From NCBI GenBank assembly GCA_044353005.1, contig JBILCS010000001.1, forward strand, positions 4,287 through 68,286: a stretch of 64,000 nucleotides of DNA, in the 5' to 3' direction. The translations under genes were made by a program, and so were the position numbers. How positions within the stretch are numbered: the stretch's first letter is position 1; each line of letters starts with the position of its first letter. A model generated the notes under the pieces. It was not told the origin of the DNA, searched no databases, and saw only the letters and a program-made list of their open reading frames with translations. Positions 40,391 to 51,083 of the stretch are shown here, in pieces. Source of the DNA: Sediminibacterium sp. (lineage in GTDB: Bacteria; Bacteroidota; Bacteroidia; Chitinophagales; Chitinophagaceae).

Positions 40391-41653
40391 ATGTCATTTA
40401 TCACAAAAGAAAAATCAGTAGCACTTTATGCTGCCTTAGTTTCCTTTGGGACCTATGTTTTTATATTTGGATTTAGAAAATCATTTACAGTTTGTACTTT
40501 TGAAGGCATGACTTTTGGACCTATTGCATTTAAAACCGCGATGGTGATTAGTCAAATGTTGGGCTATTTAATGGCCAAGTTTTATGGTATTAAATTCATC
40601 TCTGGCCTAGAAAAAAAGAACCGATATAAAATTATTTTTTTATTAACGGGTATTGCATGGGCAGCTTGGTTATTATTCGCCATTGTGCCTGCACCTTATA
40701 GCATCTTATTTTTATTCATCAATGGTTTTCCGTTGGGCATGTTATGGGGTGTTGTCTTTTCTTATGTAGAAGGAAGACGTAGCACCGACTTCATTGGTGC
40801 TGCACTGGCAGTAAGTTTTATTTTTTCTGCAGGATGGGTTAAGTCTGTAGGCGCTTGGTTGATGCAAGATTTTCATATCGCTGAAACCTGGGTACCATTT
40901 TGTACTGGATTGGTTTTTGCATTGCCCTTGGTGCTATGTGTTTGGGGCTTGGAGAAAGTGCCACCGCCCTCTGCAGAAGATGAAGCCTTGAGGGCAAAAA
41001 GAATTCCAATGACAGGAGCAGATCGAAAATTAATTATAAAGCAGTATTTACCAGGGGTGGTTGCTTTTATTGTCATTTATTTATTTGCCACTATTTTTAG
41101 AGATATTCGAGATAATTTTTCGGCAGACATGTGGAAGGAAATGGGTTATGCCGCAAAGCCTTCTACTTTTTCTGAAACAGAAATTCCTATTACTATTTTT
41201 ATTTTAATCTTAATTGGTGCAGTTGTTGCCGTCAAAAATAGTTTTAAAGCATTCATGATAGCACATGTGTTTATTATAATTGGTTTTGTTGTAGCAGGAA
41301 TGTCCACTTATTTTTTCACACAAAAATTATTGGATCCATTTTGGTGGATGCTCTTGGTAGGCCTTGGCTTATACCTGGTGTATATACCTTTCAATTCTAT
41401 TTATTTTGATCGCTTAATTGCAGCCTATTCGATTAAAGGAAATGCAGGCTTCTTTATCTATTTAGCAGATTCAATTGGCTATGTAGGTAGCGTAACCGTG
41501 ATGTTGGTAAAAGAAGGCATGACTTTAGAGATAGAATGGACGACCTTCTTTTCACAGAGTGTCATGATTTTATCTTTTGTGGGCATATTTATTACAGCCT
41601 ATGCAATGTATTATTTTGCATCAAAATCAAGGATGACCCCATTGATACAATAA
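40391..41653 (+). CDS. DUF5690-like MFS-type membrane protein
   Basis: About 11-12 TM helices; [36 protein letters not shown]. Confidence 0.75.
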   Translation: MSFITKEKSVALYAALVSFGTYVFIFGFRKSFTVCTFEGMTFGPIAFKTAMVISQMLGYLMAKFYGIKFISGLEKKNRYKIIFLLTGIAWAAWLLFAIVPAPYSILFLFINGFPLGMLWGVVFSYVEGRRSTDFIGAALAVSFIFSAGWVKSVGAWLMQDFHIAETWVPFCTGLVFALPLVLCVWGLEKVPPPSAEDEALRAKRIPMTGADRKLIIKQYLPGVVAFIVIYLFATIFRDIRDNFSADMWKEMGYAAKPSTFSETEIPITIFILILIGAVVAVKNSFKAFMIAHVFIIIGFVVAGMSTYFFTQKLLDPFWWMLLVGLGLYLVYIPFNSIYFDRLIAAYSIKGNAGFFIYLADSIGYVGSVTVMLVKEGMTLEIEWTTFFSQSVMILSFVGIFITAYAMYYFASKSRMTPLIQ

Positions 41654-42129
41654 CGCAAGCCTGTTGGAGGTGGACCATCTTCAAATACATGCCCTAAATG
41701 TGCCTTGCACTTACCACATTGCACTTCTGTTCGCTTCATCCCATGGGTGTTATCTGGGGTATAAATGATGGACTGTTTAGCAACAGGCTCATAAAAACTA
41801 GGCCAGCCACAACCGCTATCAAATTTAGTATCGCTTTTAAATAACGGATTTCCACATGCTTTACAATGATAAGTGCCAATAGCCTTAGAAGTTTCAAAGG
41901 CACTGGTAAAAGGACGCTCGGTCCCCTTTTCTCTTGCAATCGCGTAGACTTCAGGACTTAGGATCTGTTTCCAAACGCTATCGGGTACAATAACGGCTTC
42001 CTTACTCGTTTTAGAATAATAGGTATTTTCTTTTGTTGGCATGGTTTTCGATTTATTGGATTGCTTAATCATTGACTGGCCGCAAGCGGTTTGGCTGATC
42101 AAAAGGCAAAAACAAAGTATTTTATACAT
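41611..42129 (-). CDS. msrB: Peptide-methionine (R)-S-oxide reductase with export signal
   Basis: [34 protein letters not shown]; start moved to ATG 42129. Confidence 0.95.
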   Translation of the reverse strand: MYKILCFCLLISQTACGQSMIKQSNKSKTMPTKENTYYSKTSKEAVIVPDSVWKQILSPEVYAIAREKGTERPFTSAFETSKAIGTYHCKACGNPLFKSDTKFDSGCGWPSFYEPVAKQSIIYTPDNTHGMKRTEVQCGKCKAHLGHVFEDGPPPTGLRYCINGVILDFDAK

Positions 42130-42249
42130 GGTATTGATTTCTATGTAAAATACTAACAAGTATTCAGTTAATTTGTTGCGTAATTTATAAAGGAAGGTTA
42201 AAAAAATTTACCCGAGTTTGTTATCTTTGTGCTCTATCAACACAATCCC

Positions 42250-42828
42250 ATGTTCAATTTAATCCTATTTGGTCCTCCAGGAAGCGGCAAAGGCACTCAA
42301 AGTGAAAATATAATCGCTGCTTATGGTTTACAGCATTTGTCTACAGGTAATTTATTACGTAGCGAGATTGCTGGTCAAACCACATTAGGAATGGAAGCCA
42401 AGAGAATGATGGACCAAGGACAATTGGTGCCAGACGAAGTGGTGATAGGTATGGTTGATAATTTTATGAATGCACATCCAGGGGCTAAAGGATTTTTGTT
42501 TGATGGCTTTCCAAGAACAACTGCACAGTGTATTGCACTAGATGCTTTATTGAAAAATAAATCAAACGAAATTAACGTAGTACTTGCATTGGAAGTAAGT
42601 GAAGAAGAGTTGGTGAAAAGATTATTAGGAAGAGGTTTGACATCTGGCAGATCGGATGATACCAACGAAAGTATTATTCGCGCAAGAATCCAAGAATACA
42701 ATGATAAGACTACTGCTGTTGCAAGGTATTACGCACAATTTAATAAAGTGGTTGCTGTCAAAGGAGAGGGTACGGTAGAATCTATCTATGCAGATTTAAA
42801 AGTAGAGATTGACACAAGAATCAATTAA
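42250..42828 (+). CDS. adk: Adenylate kinase (short-lid type)
   Basis: GPPGSGKGTQ, LSTG, DGFPRT, GRSDD. Confidence 0.96.
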   Translation: MFNLILFGPPGSGKGTQSENIIAAYGLQHLSTGNLLRSEIAGQTTLGMEAKRMMDQGQLVPDEVVIGMVDNFMNAHPGAKGFLFDGFPRTTAQCIALDALLKNKSNEINVVLALEVSEEELVKRLLGRGLTSGRSDDTNESIIRARIQEYNDKTTAVARYYAQFNKVVAVKGEGTVESIYADLKVEIDTRIN

Positions 42829-42845
42829 TTTAAAACTTAGTACAT

Positions 42846-42878
42846 AAAAAAAGGGTCAACAATAGTTGATCCTTTTTT
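42846..42878. terminator. Bidirectional terminator between adk and fabG
   Basis: A7-GGGTCAAC-AATA-GTTGATCC-T6. Confidence 0.82.
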
Positions 42879-42898
42879 GTTTCAAATATTTTTTATGA

Positions 42899-43654
42899 TT
42901 AGATATTCAATCCGCCGCAGGCGCTAATCACTTGACCAGTTACATAACTACTCATATCGCTCGCTAAAAATAAAGTGGTGTTGGCAATTTCATCTGCCTT
43001 GCCAAAACGACCCAAAGGAATTTTATCTAAAAAAGCTTTTCCTGCTTCACCTTCATTTAAATAATGCGTCATGTCGGTTTCTATAAATCCTGGTGCAATT
43101 GCATTACAGCGAATATTGCGACTACCTATTTCTGCTGCAATCGATTTTGTAAATCCTATGATCCCTGCTTTGCTAGCTGCATAGCTGCTTTGACCCGCAT
43201 TACCTCTAATGCCAATGATAGAACTCATATTGATAATGCTTCCACTGCGCGCTTTCATCATTGGACGTATCACTTGCTTAGTCATATTAAAGACGCTCTT
43301 TAAATTGGTTTCCATCACGTCGTCCCATTGTTCCTCTGTCATACGCAATAATAAATTGTCTTTAGAGATACCTGCATTGTTGACGCAAACATCGACTGTG
43401 CCAAATGTAGCTACCACATCATTTACAAATGTTTCACAGGCTGCAAAATCACCTGCATTGGCTTGGTAGGCTTTTGCTTTAACACCTAATTTTTCTATTT
43501 CAGTAATTAGCTGGTTCGCTTTTTCAGCACTACTATCGCTTACATAAGTGAATGCAATATGGGCACCTTGCTCTGCTAATTTTAAAGCGATAGCTGCGCC
43601 AATGCCTCTAGCTGCACCTGTTACTATAGCTACTTTTCCTGCTAATAATTTCAT
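42899..43654 (-). CDS. fabG: 3-oxoacyl-ACP reductase
   Basis: TGAARGIG, NNAGI, YAASK, PGFIETDMT. Confidence 0.93.
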   Translation of the reverse strand: MKLLAGKVAIVTGAARGIGAAIALKLAEQGAHIAFTYVSDSSAEKANQLITEIEKLGVKAKAYQANAGDFAACETFVNDVVATFGTVDVCVNNAGISKDNLLLRMTEEQWDDVMETNLKSVFNMTKQVIRPMMKARSGSIINMSSIIGIRGNAGQSSYAASKAGIIGFTKSIAAEIGSRNIRCNAIAPGFIETDMTHYLNEGEAGKAFLDKIPLGRFGKADEIANTTLFLASDMSSYVTGQVISACGGLNI

Positions 43655-43860
43655 TACTTTTTATTTTTAATAAACCAATAAGTATGCATTAAGATAATAC
43701 TAATATTCACAAATATAATAGGATTATCCTGTTTTAAAAAACCGTATGCAATCCAAAGCATACTGCCAATCATATTGATGATCCTTAGTTTTCTTACATC
43801 TTGTATTGCAAAAGAACCCACTACAACAGCAGTTGCTATCCAGCCTAAGACATCAATCAT
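43654..43860 (-). CDS. Small membrane protein (YgjV-like)
   Basis: 68 aa, about 3 TM helices, KLRIINMIG; translationally coupled to fabG. Confidence 0.65.
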   Translation of the reverse strand: MIDVLGWIATAVVVGSFAIQDVRKLRIINMIGSMLWIAYGFLKQDNPIIFVNISIILMHTYWFIKNKK

Positions 43861-43874
43861 GGTATGCTTTTTTA

Positions 43875-45389
43875 TTATCCTTCCTGGTGAATCAATTTTA
43901 ATTCTTCTAAAAATTTACGCTCATTGGACAGTCTAGGTACTTTATGTTGTCCACCTAATTTACCTTTTCTTTTTAACCATTCGTGAAAACAATCTTTTTT
44001 GACAGCAGTGATATGTGGTAAGCCTAGTGCAATGTCTTTATATCTTTTGGCTTCATAATCACTATTCACTGATTGTAAATTTTTATCTAGCTCAATAGTA
44101 AACGCATGCATATCTGTTGGAGGGTTTTCAAATTCAATCAACCACTCGTGTGCGCCAGCACCCTTGTCTGACATAAAGATAGGTGCAGCAGTGTACTCTT
44201 TCATCACTAGATTCAAACTTGCACAGGTTAAGCTAATGGCCTTATCACTATTGTCTGCAATCAATTCTTCTCCAAAAGCATTGATATATTGTTTTAATCT
44301 TCCGCTCACTTTAATTCTAAAAGGATGGAGTGTCACAAACTGTACGGTGTCCCCCACCAGATATCGCCAGAGCCCACCATTGGTGCTTATGACAATGGCA
44401 TAATTTTTTCCTAATTCAACTTTGTCTAATCCAATCGTGATCGGATTTTCTTTTCCATATGCTTCAGCTGGCATGAATTCATAAAAAATACCATGGTCTA
44501 AAAAGAGCAACATACCTTCTTCGTTCAAACGATCCTGTGCAGCAAAAAATCCTTCACTCGCATTGTAGATCTCTAGATAATTACAATCCCCACCAATGAT
44601 CTTTTTAAATTCTGCTTGATAGGGTATAAAAGAAACACCACCATGTATGTACAATTCAAAATCTGGCCAAACCTCTTTAATTGTTTTTTTGCCAGTGATT
44701 GCTAAAATTCGTTTGAACAATACCAGTGTCCAAGTAGGCACACCTGCAATTGACGCCACAGGCTCTTGGATCGTGCTTTGCGCAAGCAGTTCGATTTTAG
44801 ATTCCCACTCGTCCATCAATGCAATTGATAGTTCAGGCACTCTCACTAAGCCAGACCAGATAGGTGCGTTCTGCAATAAGACTGCACTTAGGTCACCATA
44901 TTGAATGTCTTCTTTAATCGGGTGCACTTGGTGACTTCCGCCAATGATCAGCATCTTACCCGTTAAAAGATCACTGTCCGGAAAGGCGTTATAGTAAATA
45001 CTGAGTACATCTTTTGATCCCTGAAAATGATTGTCTTCGATGCTTTCTTGGCTTAGCGGAATAAATTTACTCTTGTCGCTTGTAGTGCCACTACTTTTTG
45101 CGAACCATGCAATAGGGGTGTTCCATAACACATCTGCCTCGCCCTGCATGACCTCGTCTATATAGGGCTTAATGTCTTCGTATTCTTGAATTGGAACAAC
45201 TTCTTTGAACTTTCTAATATTGAAAACGCTACTAAACTGATACTTTCTTCCGATCTGTGTGTATTGACCGTGTGTAATGAGGTCCTGCAATACTTCACGT
45301 TGCGCAGCTACCGGATCTTTAACCCAATGCTCGACGCGCCAGTAGCGCAATCTTGCTAGTCTTGATAATGCTGGGCTAAAAATCTTCAT
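43875..45389 (-). CDS. GH3 family (acyl-acid amido synthetase-like) protein, copy 2
   Basis: SSGTT, YNASEG, WRYLVGD, GGQHKVPRL. Confidence 0.9.
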   Translation of the reverse strand: MKIFSPALSRLARLRYWRVEHWVKDPVAAQREVLQDLITHGQYTQIGRKYQFSSVFNIRKFKEVVPIQEYEDIKPYIDEVMQGEADVLWNTPIAWFAKSSGTTSDKSKFIPLSQESIEDNHFQGSKDVLSIYYNAFPDSDLLTGKMLIIGGSHQVHPIKEDIQYGDLSAVLLQNAPIWSGLVRVPELSIALMDEWESKIELLAQSTIQEPVASIAGVPTWTLVLFKRILAITGKKTIKEVWPDFELYIHGGVSFIPYQAEFKKIIGGDCNYLEIYNASEGFFAAQDRLNEEGMLLFLDHGIFYEFMPAEAYGKENPITIGLDKVELGKNYAIVISTNGGLWRYLVGDTVQFVTLHPFRIKVSGRLKQYINAFGEELIADNSDKAISLTCASLNLVMKEYTAAPIFMSDKGAGAHEWLIEFENPPTDMHAFTIELDKNLQSVNSDYEAKRYKDIALGLPHITAVKKDCFHEWLKRKGKLGGQHKVPRLSNERKFLEELKLIHQEG

Positions 45390-45392
45390 AGG

Positions 45393-46172
45393 CTATTTTT
45401 GTCCCATTTCGATAATCCAATCCTTACGCTTTAACTCAAAGTTGGTACCAAGGTATAATCGTCTTACATGTTCATCTGCTGCTAATTCTTCGGCAGTTCC
45501 GTGTTTAAATATTTTTCCTTCAATCAAAAGATAAGCTCGATCGCAAATAGATAAGGTTTCATTGACATTGTGATCGGTAATTAAAATACCAATGTCTTTT
45601 AATTTTAATCTAGCAACAACGGATTGTATATCTTCTACTGCGATAGGATCCACGCCAGCAAAGGGTTCGTCCAATAAAATAAACTTAGGATCTACGGCTA
45701 GTGCTCTTGCAATCTCAGTTCTTCTTCTCTCGCCACCACTTAAACTATCACCGTTATTATCTCTTACTTTTTGTAAATTAAATTCATCTAAAAGGGTTTC
45801 CATTTTATGTAAACGCTCACCCTTCGTCAATTTTGTCATTTCTAAAATGGCCATGATATTGTCTGCCACAGATAACTTTCTAAATACACTTGCTTCTTGT
45901 GGTAAATAGCCCAAACCCATTTGAGCGCGCTTATACATGGGCAAATGCGTGATATCCTCTTCGTTTAAAAACACACGACCCTGGTCTGGAGCAATCAAAC
46001 CAACCACCATATAGAAAGTCGTTGTTTTCCCGGCGCCGTTGGGTCCTAATAATCCAACAATTTCCCCCTGTTTTACGGATACACTTACCTCGTCCACCAC
46101 CTTACGGCCCTTGTATTGTTTAATCAACTTATCGGTATGTATCGTTAGTATCACGTTGAATGTTTTGTACAA
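45393..46172 (-). CDS. lptB: LPS export ABC transporter ATP-binding protein (start may be about 46154)
   Basis: [42 protein letters not shown]. Confidence 0.95.
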   Translation of the reverse strand: MYKTFNVILTIHTDKLIKQYKGRKVVDEVSVSVKQGEIVGLLGPNGAGKTTTFYMVVGLIAPDQGRVFLNEEDITHLPMYKRAQMGLGYLPQEASVFRKLSVADNIMAILEMTKLTKGERLHKMETLLDEFNLQKVRDNNGDSLSGGERRRTEIARALAVDPKFILLDEPFAGVDPIAVEDIQSVVARLKLKDIGILITDHNVNETLSICDRAYLLIEGKIFKHGTAEELAADEHVRRLYLGTNFELKRKDWIIEMGQK

Positions 46173-46233
46173 AAATAAGGGTAAAAAGGCCTATTTGAAC
46201 CTAGTCAAATAATATTAACTATTTTTGCACTCT

Positions 46234-47187
46234 ATGCACGTAACAGCACATTTAGAAAAAGCAAAAGACACATTGGTCTCCTTTGAGATTCTGCCACCAT
46301 TAAAGGGCAAAACAATTACCTCTATCTACGATCATTTAGATCCACTGATGGAATTTAAACCTTCTTGGATCAATGTGACTTACCACAGAAGCGAGACCAT
46401 GTTTAAGAAAAAAACAGATGGCACTTTTGAAAAAGTAGATGTGCGTAAACGACCAGGTACGGTTGGTATTTGTGCTGCGATTATGAACCATTATAATATT
46501 GATGCTGTGCCGCATATTATTTGTGGTGGTTTTACAAAAAGAGAAACAGAAGATGCATTGATTGATTTGCAGTTTTTAGGCATTGACAATGCTTTAATTT
46601 TAAGAGGTGATGCTGCTAAGAATGAGTCTAGCTTTGAGCCAGAGCCAGGTGGAAATAAATATGCGATTGATTTATTAAAACAAGTAGGACAATTAAACCA
46701 GGGTATTTATTTAGACGAAGATATTTTAAATGGCGGCAAGACTGATTTTTGTATGGGTGTTGCCGGTTATCCAGAAAAACATTTTGAATCCCCAAATTTT
46801 GAAATAGATTTAATCAAAACCAAGGAGAAAGTAGATGCGGGTGCAGAGTATATCATGACCCAAATGTTTTTCAACAACCAAAAGTTTATAGAATATGTGC
46901 AGGCTTGTCGCGATATGGGTATTACAGTGCCAATCATTCCAGGATTAAAGCCTATCACCAATAAAAAGCAACTGACTATTTTACCAAGAATATTCCATGT
47001 AGACATCCCAACAGAATTATCTAATGCCATTAACAAGTGCAAGACAGATGCGGAATGTGAGCAAGTCGGCACGGAGTGGTTGATTCAACAAAGCAAGGAG
47101 TTAAAAGCAGCGGGCGTTCCTGTGTTACACTATTATACATTAGGAAAACCTAAGGTGATAAGAGACGTTGTTTCGGCTGTATTTTAA
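46234..47187 (+). CDS. metF: 5,10-methylenetetrahydrofolate reductase
   Basis: SFEILPP, LRGD, AGYPEKH, TQMFF, HYYT. Confidence 0.94.
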   Translation: MHVTAHLEKAKDTLVSFEILPPLKGKTITSIYDHLDPLMEFKPSWINVTYHRSETMFKKKTDGTFEKVDVRKRPGTVGICAAIMNHYNIDAVPHIICGGFTKRETEDALIDLQFLGIDNALILRGDAAKNESSFEPEPGGNKYAIDLLKQVGQLNQGIYLDEDILNGGKTDFCMGVAGYPEKHFESPNFEIDLIKTKEKVDAGAEYIMTQMFFNNQKFIEYVQACRDMGITVPIIPGLKPITNKKQLTILPRIFHVDIPTELSNAINKCKTDAECEQVGTEWLIQQSKELKAAGVPVLHYYTLGKPKVIRDVVSAVF

Positions 47188-47188
47188 C

Positions 47189-48667
47189 TTATTTTTTTTG
47201 TTGAGATTGCAAGAAATCATGAAACTGATCGACCGTTAAATTCTTTGCAATGATCTTTTTGTCTTTATCTAATAAATAAAAGGTAGGTGTTTTAAATACA
47301 TCATACAACTGTCTGATAGTAGTTGGTTTCCCTGCATTTATTTCTGCATTGAATGCAGCTTCGGTTTGATAGACATGTGACCATCCTGCATCAAAATGTT
47401 GTTCTGTAATAAATTGTTTCCAAGATGCTAATTCTTTTACATTGGTATTAACACCAATTACTTGCACGCCTAATTGCTTCCAGTTTTTTGTATAAAAAGA
47501 ATCTACCCTTGGCATTTCTTCTTTACAGTGACCACAGGTTGGATCCCAGAATGCGATAAATGTAAATTTAGCTGGACTATTATAGAGCGAAAAAGCTTTG
47601 TTATCCATTGTATTCAAATCCAATGGTGGAGCGGAGTTTCCAATTAAGTTGGCCATGATACTATAGGCTCTTTCTGTAATTGCTTTTTTAGATTCATTGT
47701 TTAAGAGTACGGTGTCACCCTTGCTAAAAAAATTTTGGAACAAATGTAGAAACACTTTATCCTGCCCCATAAATTCGGGACTAATGTATTTGTTGGTAAA
47801 CTTAAAAAGTAAAAAAGGATAAATTTCTTTTCCTGTTTTTGCGACAGTCAACATGTATTGCACTTCTTCGATAATTGAATCTGGTTCACGTGAAACATAG
47901 TTTTTAAAATACTCATCTAGCTTCGCTTCAAAAAAAGGCGTTCTTAATAAACGGTTATCATTGAAGACCACATTGTCCCAATAATGATTTTTCACATAAT
48001 AAAATGGATAGGTAGAATCCGCTTTGCCTTTGATGATTGGGATAGCTGGGACTTCTGGTCTTTGTAATACGTCTAAGAAAAAACGCATCATCGATTTTGG
48101 CGCAGTGGTGATAATTTTTTGTCGTTCTTGTTTAAAGCTTGTGTCTATTTTTTTTAAGGCCTGCAGGTATTTTACAGAATCGCTGGATATTGTAGCATTG
48201 TTGTAAGCTTGCTCTAGCTGGCTTCTTTGCCTACCAAGCTGGTTCATAGTTTTTGAATAGGTACTAAAAATATCGTTATCTTTTGAACCAATAATTGTAT
48301 GGTCTGATAGATTTAATGTGTCCGCAATGATTTTAAATTGTTGACCCTCATCTACCAAAAACTCAAATAAAATAGTATACCTAGGGGATACAATAAAATA
48401 GATGCCTGGCGTTAGCTTCTCTTTACCTTTAAAATATCCTAGGCTTGCGTCATTTAAAATGGTTGAATCGGCAAACACGCGATTTTGACCATAGTTGGTG
48501 CCTAAATAGATTTTTGTGTTTTTGTAAGGCTTAAGGGTTATTTCAATATTGTGCCCAACAGACTTGTTATTTGAAACAGGTTGTTTTTTGACAGCCTGAG
48601 CATGTACAAAGGTTGTAGACAAAAGAACCAAACTAAAACAGCATAAAGCAATAATTTTCTGAAACAT
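47189..48667 (-). CDS. Exported TlpA/redoxin-domain protein (DUF5106-like N-terminal part)
   Basis: Signal peptide; C-terminal WDPTCGHC and TPTFYLLD. Confidence 0.85.
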   Translation of the reverse strand: MFQKIIALCCFSLVLLSTTFVHAQAVKKQPVSNNKSVGHNIEITLKPYKNTKIYLGTNYGQNRVFADSTILNDASLGYFKGKEKLTPGIYFIVSPRYTILFEFLVDEGQQFKIIADTLNLSDHTIIGSKDNDIFSTYSKTMNQLGRQRSQLEQAYNNATISSDSVKYLQALKKIDTSFKQERQKIITTAPKSMMRFFLDVLQRPEVPAIPIIKGKADSTYPFYYVKNHYWDNVVFNDNRLLRTPFFEAKLDEYFKNYVSREPDSIIEEVQYMLTVAKTGKEIYPFLLFKFTNKYISPEFMGQDKVFLHLFQNFFSKGDTVLLNNESKKAITERAYSIMANLIGNSAPPLDLNTMDNKAFSLYNSPAKFTFIAFWDPTCGHCKEEMPRVDSFYTKNWKQLGVQVIGVNTNVKELASWKQFITEQHFDAGWSHVYQTEAAFNAEINAGKPTTIRQLYDVFKTPTFYLLDKDKKIIAKNLTVDQFHDFLQSQQKK

Positions 48668-48784
48668 ATGAATGGGTTAAAGGGCAAATTAAGTATACAA
48701 AAGTAAAAAATAAAAAACAGATTTAGGTTTAATTTAAATGGGTGGAATGGTAGATTCTAGTAGCTTGATTGTACCTTTGTTACT

Positions 48785-50221
48785 GTGAGAAAGTCAAAAC
48801 CAGCAATCATTTTAGAAAAGGTCCTTATTGAGGATTATGCAGCAGAGGGCAAGTCCTTAGCAAGAGTAGATGGAAAAGTGATTTTTGTAGAAGGGGCAGT
48901 GCCAGGGGATGTGGTGGACATTCAACTCCAAAAAAATAAAACGGATTGGGCAGAAGGCTTTGCTAAAAAATTTCATAGCTATTCAAGCAACAGGGTGCAA
49001 CCATTTTGTAGTCATTTTGGGGTATGTGGAGGATGTCAGTGGCAGATGTTACCTTATGCTCAACAGCTAGTCTATAAGCAACAACAAGTGGTTGATAATT
49101 TAACAAGGATCGCTAAGATCCCTTTGCCAACCATTCCTGCTATTTTGGGAGCTAAGCAAACCGAGGGTTATCGAAATAAAGTAGAATATACTTTTGCTAC
49201 CGAAATTTATATGTCATTTGAAGCCTTTAGAGCAATGAAAGCTTCTGGCGAGGCGCCAGTTAAAAGCCCTGGTGATGGTGGTTTTCATGCGAGAGGATTT
49301 TTCGAAAAAATTGTTCCAATAGACACTTGTTATTTACAAGAAGAGCCAACCAATTTAATGCGCAAAGCGGTGGTTCAATTTGCCTTAGACAATAAGATGC
49401 CGTTTTACAATATCAAACAACACCAAGGTTGGTTAAGAAATATGTTTGTTAGAAATTCCACCAAGGGAGAGTGGATGATTAATTTGATTCTTGGTTATGA
49501 GGATGAAGCAAAAAGAAAAGCATTAATGGATTTGTTATTAAAGCAGTTCCCTCAACTCACTACGCTCTTGTATACCATCAATACCAAGCGTAATGATAGT
49601 ATGCAGGACTTGGTTCCACAAGTGTATTATGGCAATGGGTATATCACTGAAAAATTAGAAAAGTTTGAATTTAAAATAAGTCCAAAATCTTTTTTCCAAA
49701 CCAATTCAAAACAAGCAGAAGTTTTATATCAAGTAACACGCGACTTCGCAGAATTGAGCGGAAAGGAAATTGTGTATGATTTATATTGTGGCACTGGAAG
49801 CATTGGAATTTTTTGTAGCGATCAAGCCAAAAAAATTATTGGCGTAGAGTTTGTTGAAGAGGCGATTGAGGATGCAAAATTAAATGCCGAATTGAATGGC
49901 TTAACAGCAACTGCATTTTTTGCAGGAGACGTGATTAAGGTTTGTGATGATACTTTTTTTGAAACCCATGGTAAGCCAGATGTGATTATCACCGATCCGC
50001 CAAGAGCAGGGATGCACGAAAAATTAGTGCAAAAATTATTAGAAATGGAAGCGCCAATCATTGTATATGTAAGTTGTAATCCAGCAACACAGGCCAGAGA
50101 CCTAGCATTGCTACACGCTAAGTATACGGTGACTAAAATACAGCCTGTAGACATGTTTCCACACACTTTGCATATAGAGAATGTGGTACAATTAAAAAGA
50201 ACAGATTTATTAAACGCATAA
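48785..50221 (+). CDS. rlmD: 23S rRNA (uracil-5-)-methyltransferase with TRAM domain
   Basis: CSHFGVCGGC, SFFQTN, DLYCGTG, DPPRAG, YVSCNP, DMFPHT. Confidence 0.93.
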   Translation: MRKSKPAIILEKVLIEDYAAEGKSLARVDGKVIFVEGAVPGDVVDIQLQKNKTDWAEGFAKKFHSYSSNRVQPFCSHFGVCGGCQWQMLPYAQQLVYKQQQVVDNLTRIAKIPLPTIPAILGAKQTEGYRNKVEYTFATEIYMSFEAFRAMKASGEAPVKSPGDGGFHARGFFEKIVPIDTCYLQEEPTNLMRKAVVQFALDNKMPFYNIKQHQGWLRNMFVRNSTKGEWMINLILGYEDEAKRKALMDLLLKQFPQLTTLLYTINTKRNDSMQDLVPQVYYGNGYITEKLEKFEFKISPKSFFQTNSKQAEVLYQVTRDFAELSGKEIVYDLYCGTGSIGIFCSDQAKKIIGVEFVEEAIEDAKLNAELNGLTATAFFAGDVIKVCDDTFFETHGKPDVIITDPPRAGMHEKLVQKLLEMEAPIIVYVSCNPATQARDLALLHAKYTVTKIQPVDMFPHTLHIENVVQLKRTDLLNA

Positions 50222-50224
50222 TTT

Positions 50225-51061
50225 ATGAGAGAATTTAGACCTACAAGTTTCAATATTTTACCAACGATCATTAAAAACTTAATCATCATTAATGCTTTAA
50301 TGTTTTTGGCGCAAAATACATTTGCGGGACCCACTAGTGCATTTTCAGTGGAAGATTATTTTGCACTACACGCATGGCAAAGTAAATTGTTTCAACCATG
50401 GCAGATGATTACCCATATGTTCTTGCATGGTGACTTTGGACATATACTAGGTAATATGTTTGCGTTATGGATGTTTGGATCTGTTTTAGAAAATGTATGG
50501 GGTCCTAAGCGATTTTTATTGTTCTATATTTTATGCGGTGTGGGCGCTTCAGTTTTACACTTACTTATACTTTCATATGAGTTTGTCCCGATGGCATCAG
50601 ACCTCATGCAATTAAGTCAAATGAGTGTGTCAGGATCGCCAGATTTTAATAAGACTGTGTTGGAATATGCAAAAGACCATAATATTCAGCAAATAATAAT
50701 ATTAAGCGAGAACAATGTTAGCTTGGATACTCCTGGTATTCGCCCCCAGATCATGGAGCTATTGACAAATCATTACAACAAGACTATTAATACTGCCACA
50801 TTAGGTGCAAGTGGGGCCGTCTTTGGTATTATCATGGCTTTCGTTTACTTGTTTCCCAATACCTTAATCTATATTTATTTCTTCTTTCCCATTAAGGCAA
50901 AGTGGCTGGGTATCTTGTATTTTTCTTACGAATTATTTTTTGCCTTGCGCAATTCGGCAGGAGACAACGTGGCAAGATGGGCGCATGTGGGTGGAGCTAT
51001 TGTAGGCTTTGTATTGGTTTATCTTTGGTCTAAGAAGGAACGTAATAATAGGTGGAACTAA
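50225..51061 (+). CDS. Rhomboid family intramembrane serine protease
   Basis: HILGNM, GASG (catalytic Ser), AHVGG (catalytic His). Confidence 0.92.
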   Translation: MREFRPTSFNILPTIIKNLIIINALMFLAQNTFAGPTSAFSVEDYFALHAWQSKLFQPWQMITHMFLHGDFGHILGNMFALWMFGSVLENVWGPKRFLLFYILCGVGASVLHLLILSYEFVPMASDLMQLSQMSVSGSPDFNKTVLEYAKDHNIQQIIILSENNVSLDTPGIRPQIMELLTNHYNKTINTATLGASGAVFGIIMAFVYLFPNTLIYIYFFFPIKAKWLGILYFSYELFFALRNSAGDNVARWAHVGGAIVGFVLVYLWSKKERNNRWN

Positions 51062-51083
51062 ATATCATAATAATCAAAAGCAG

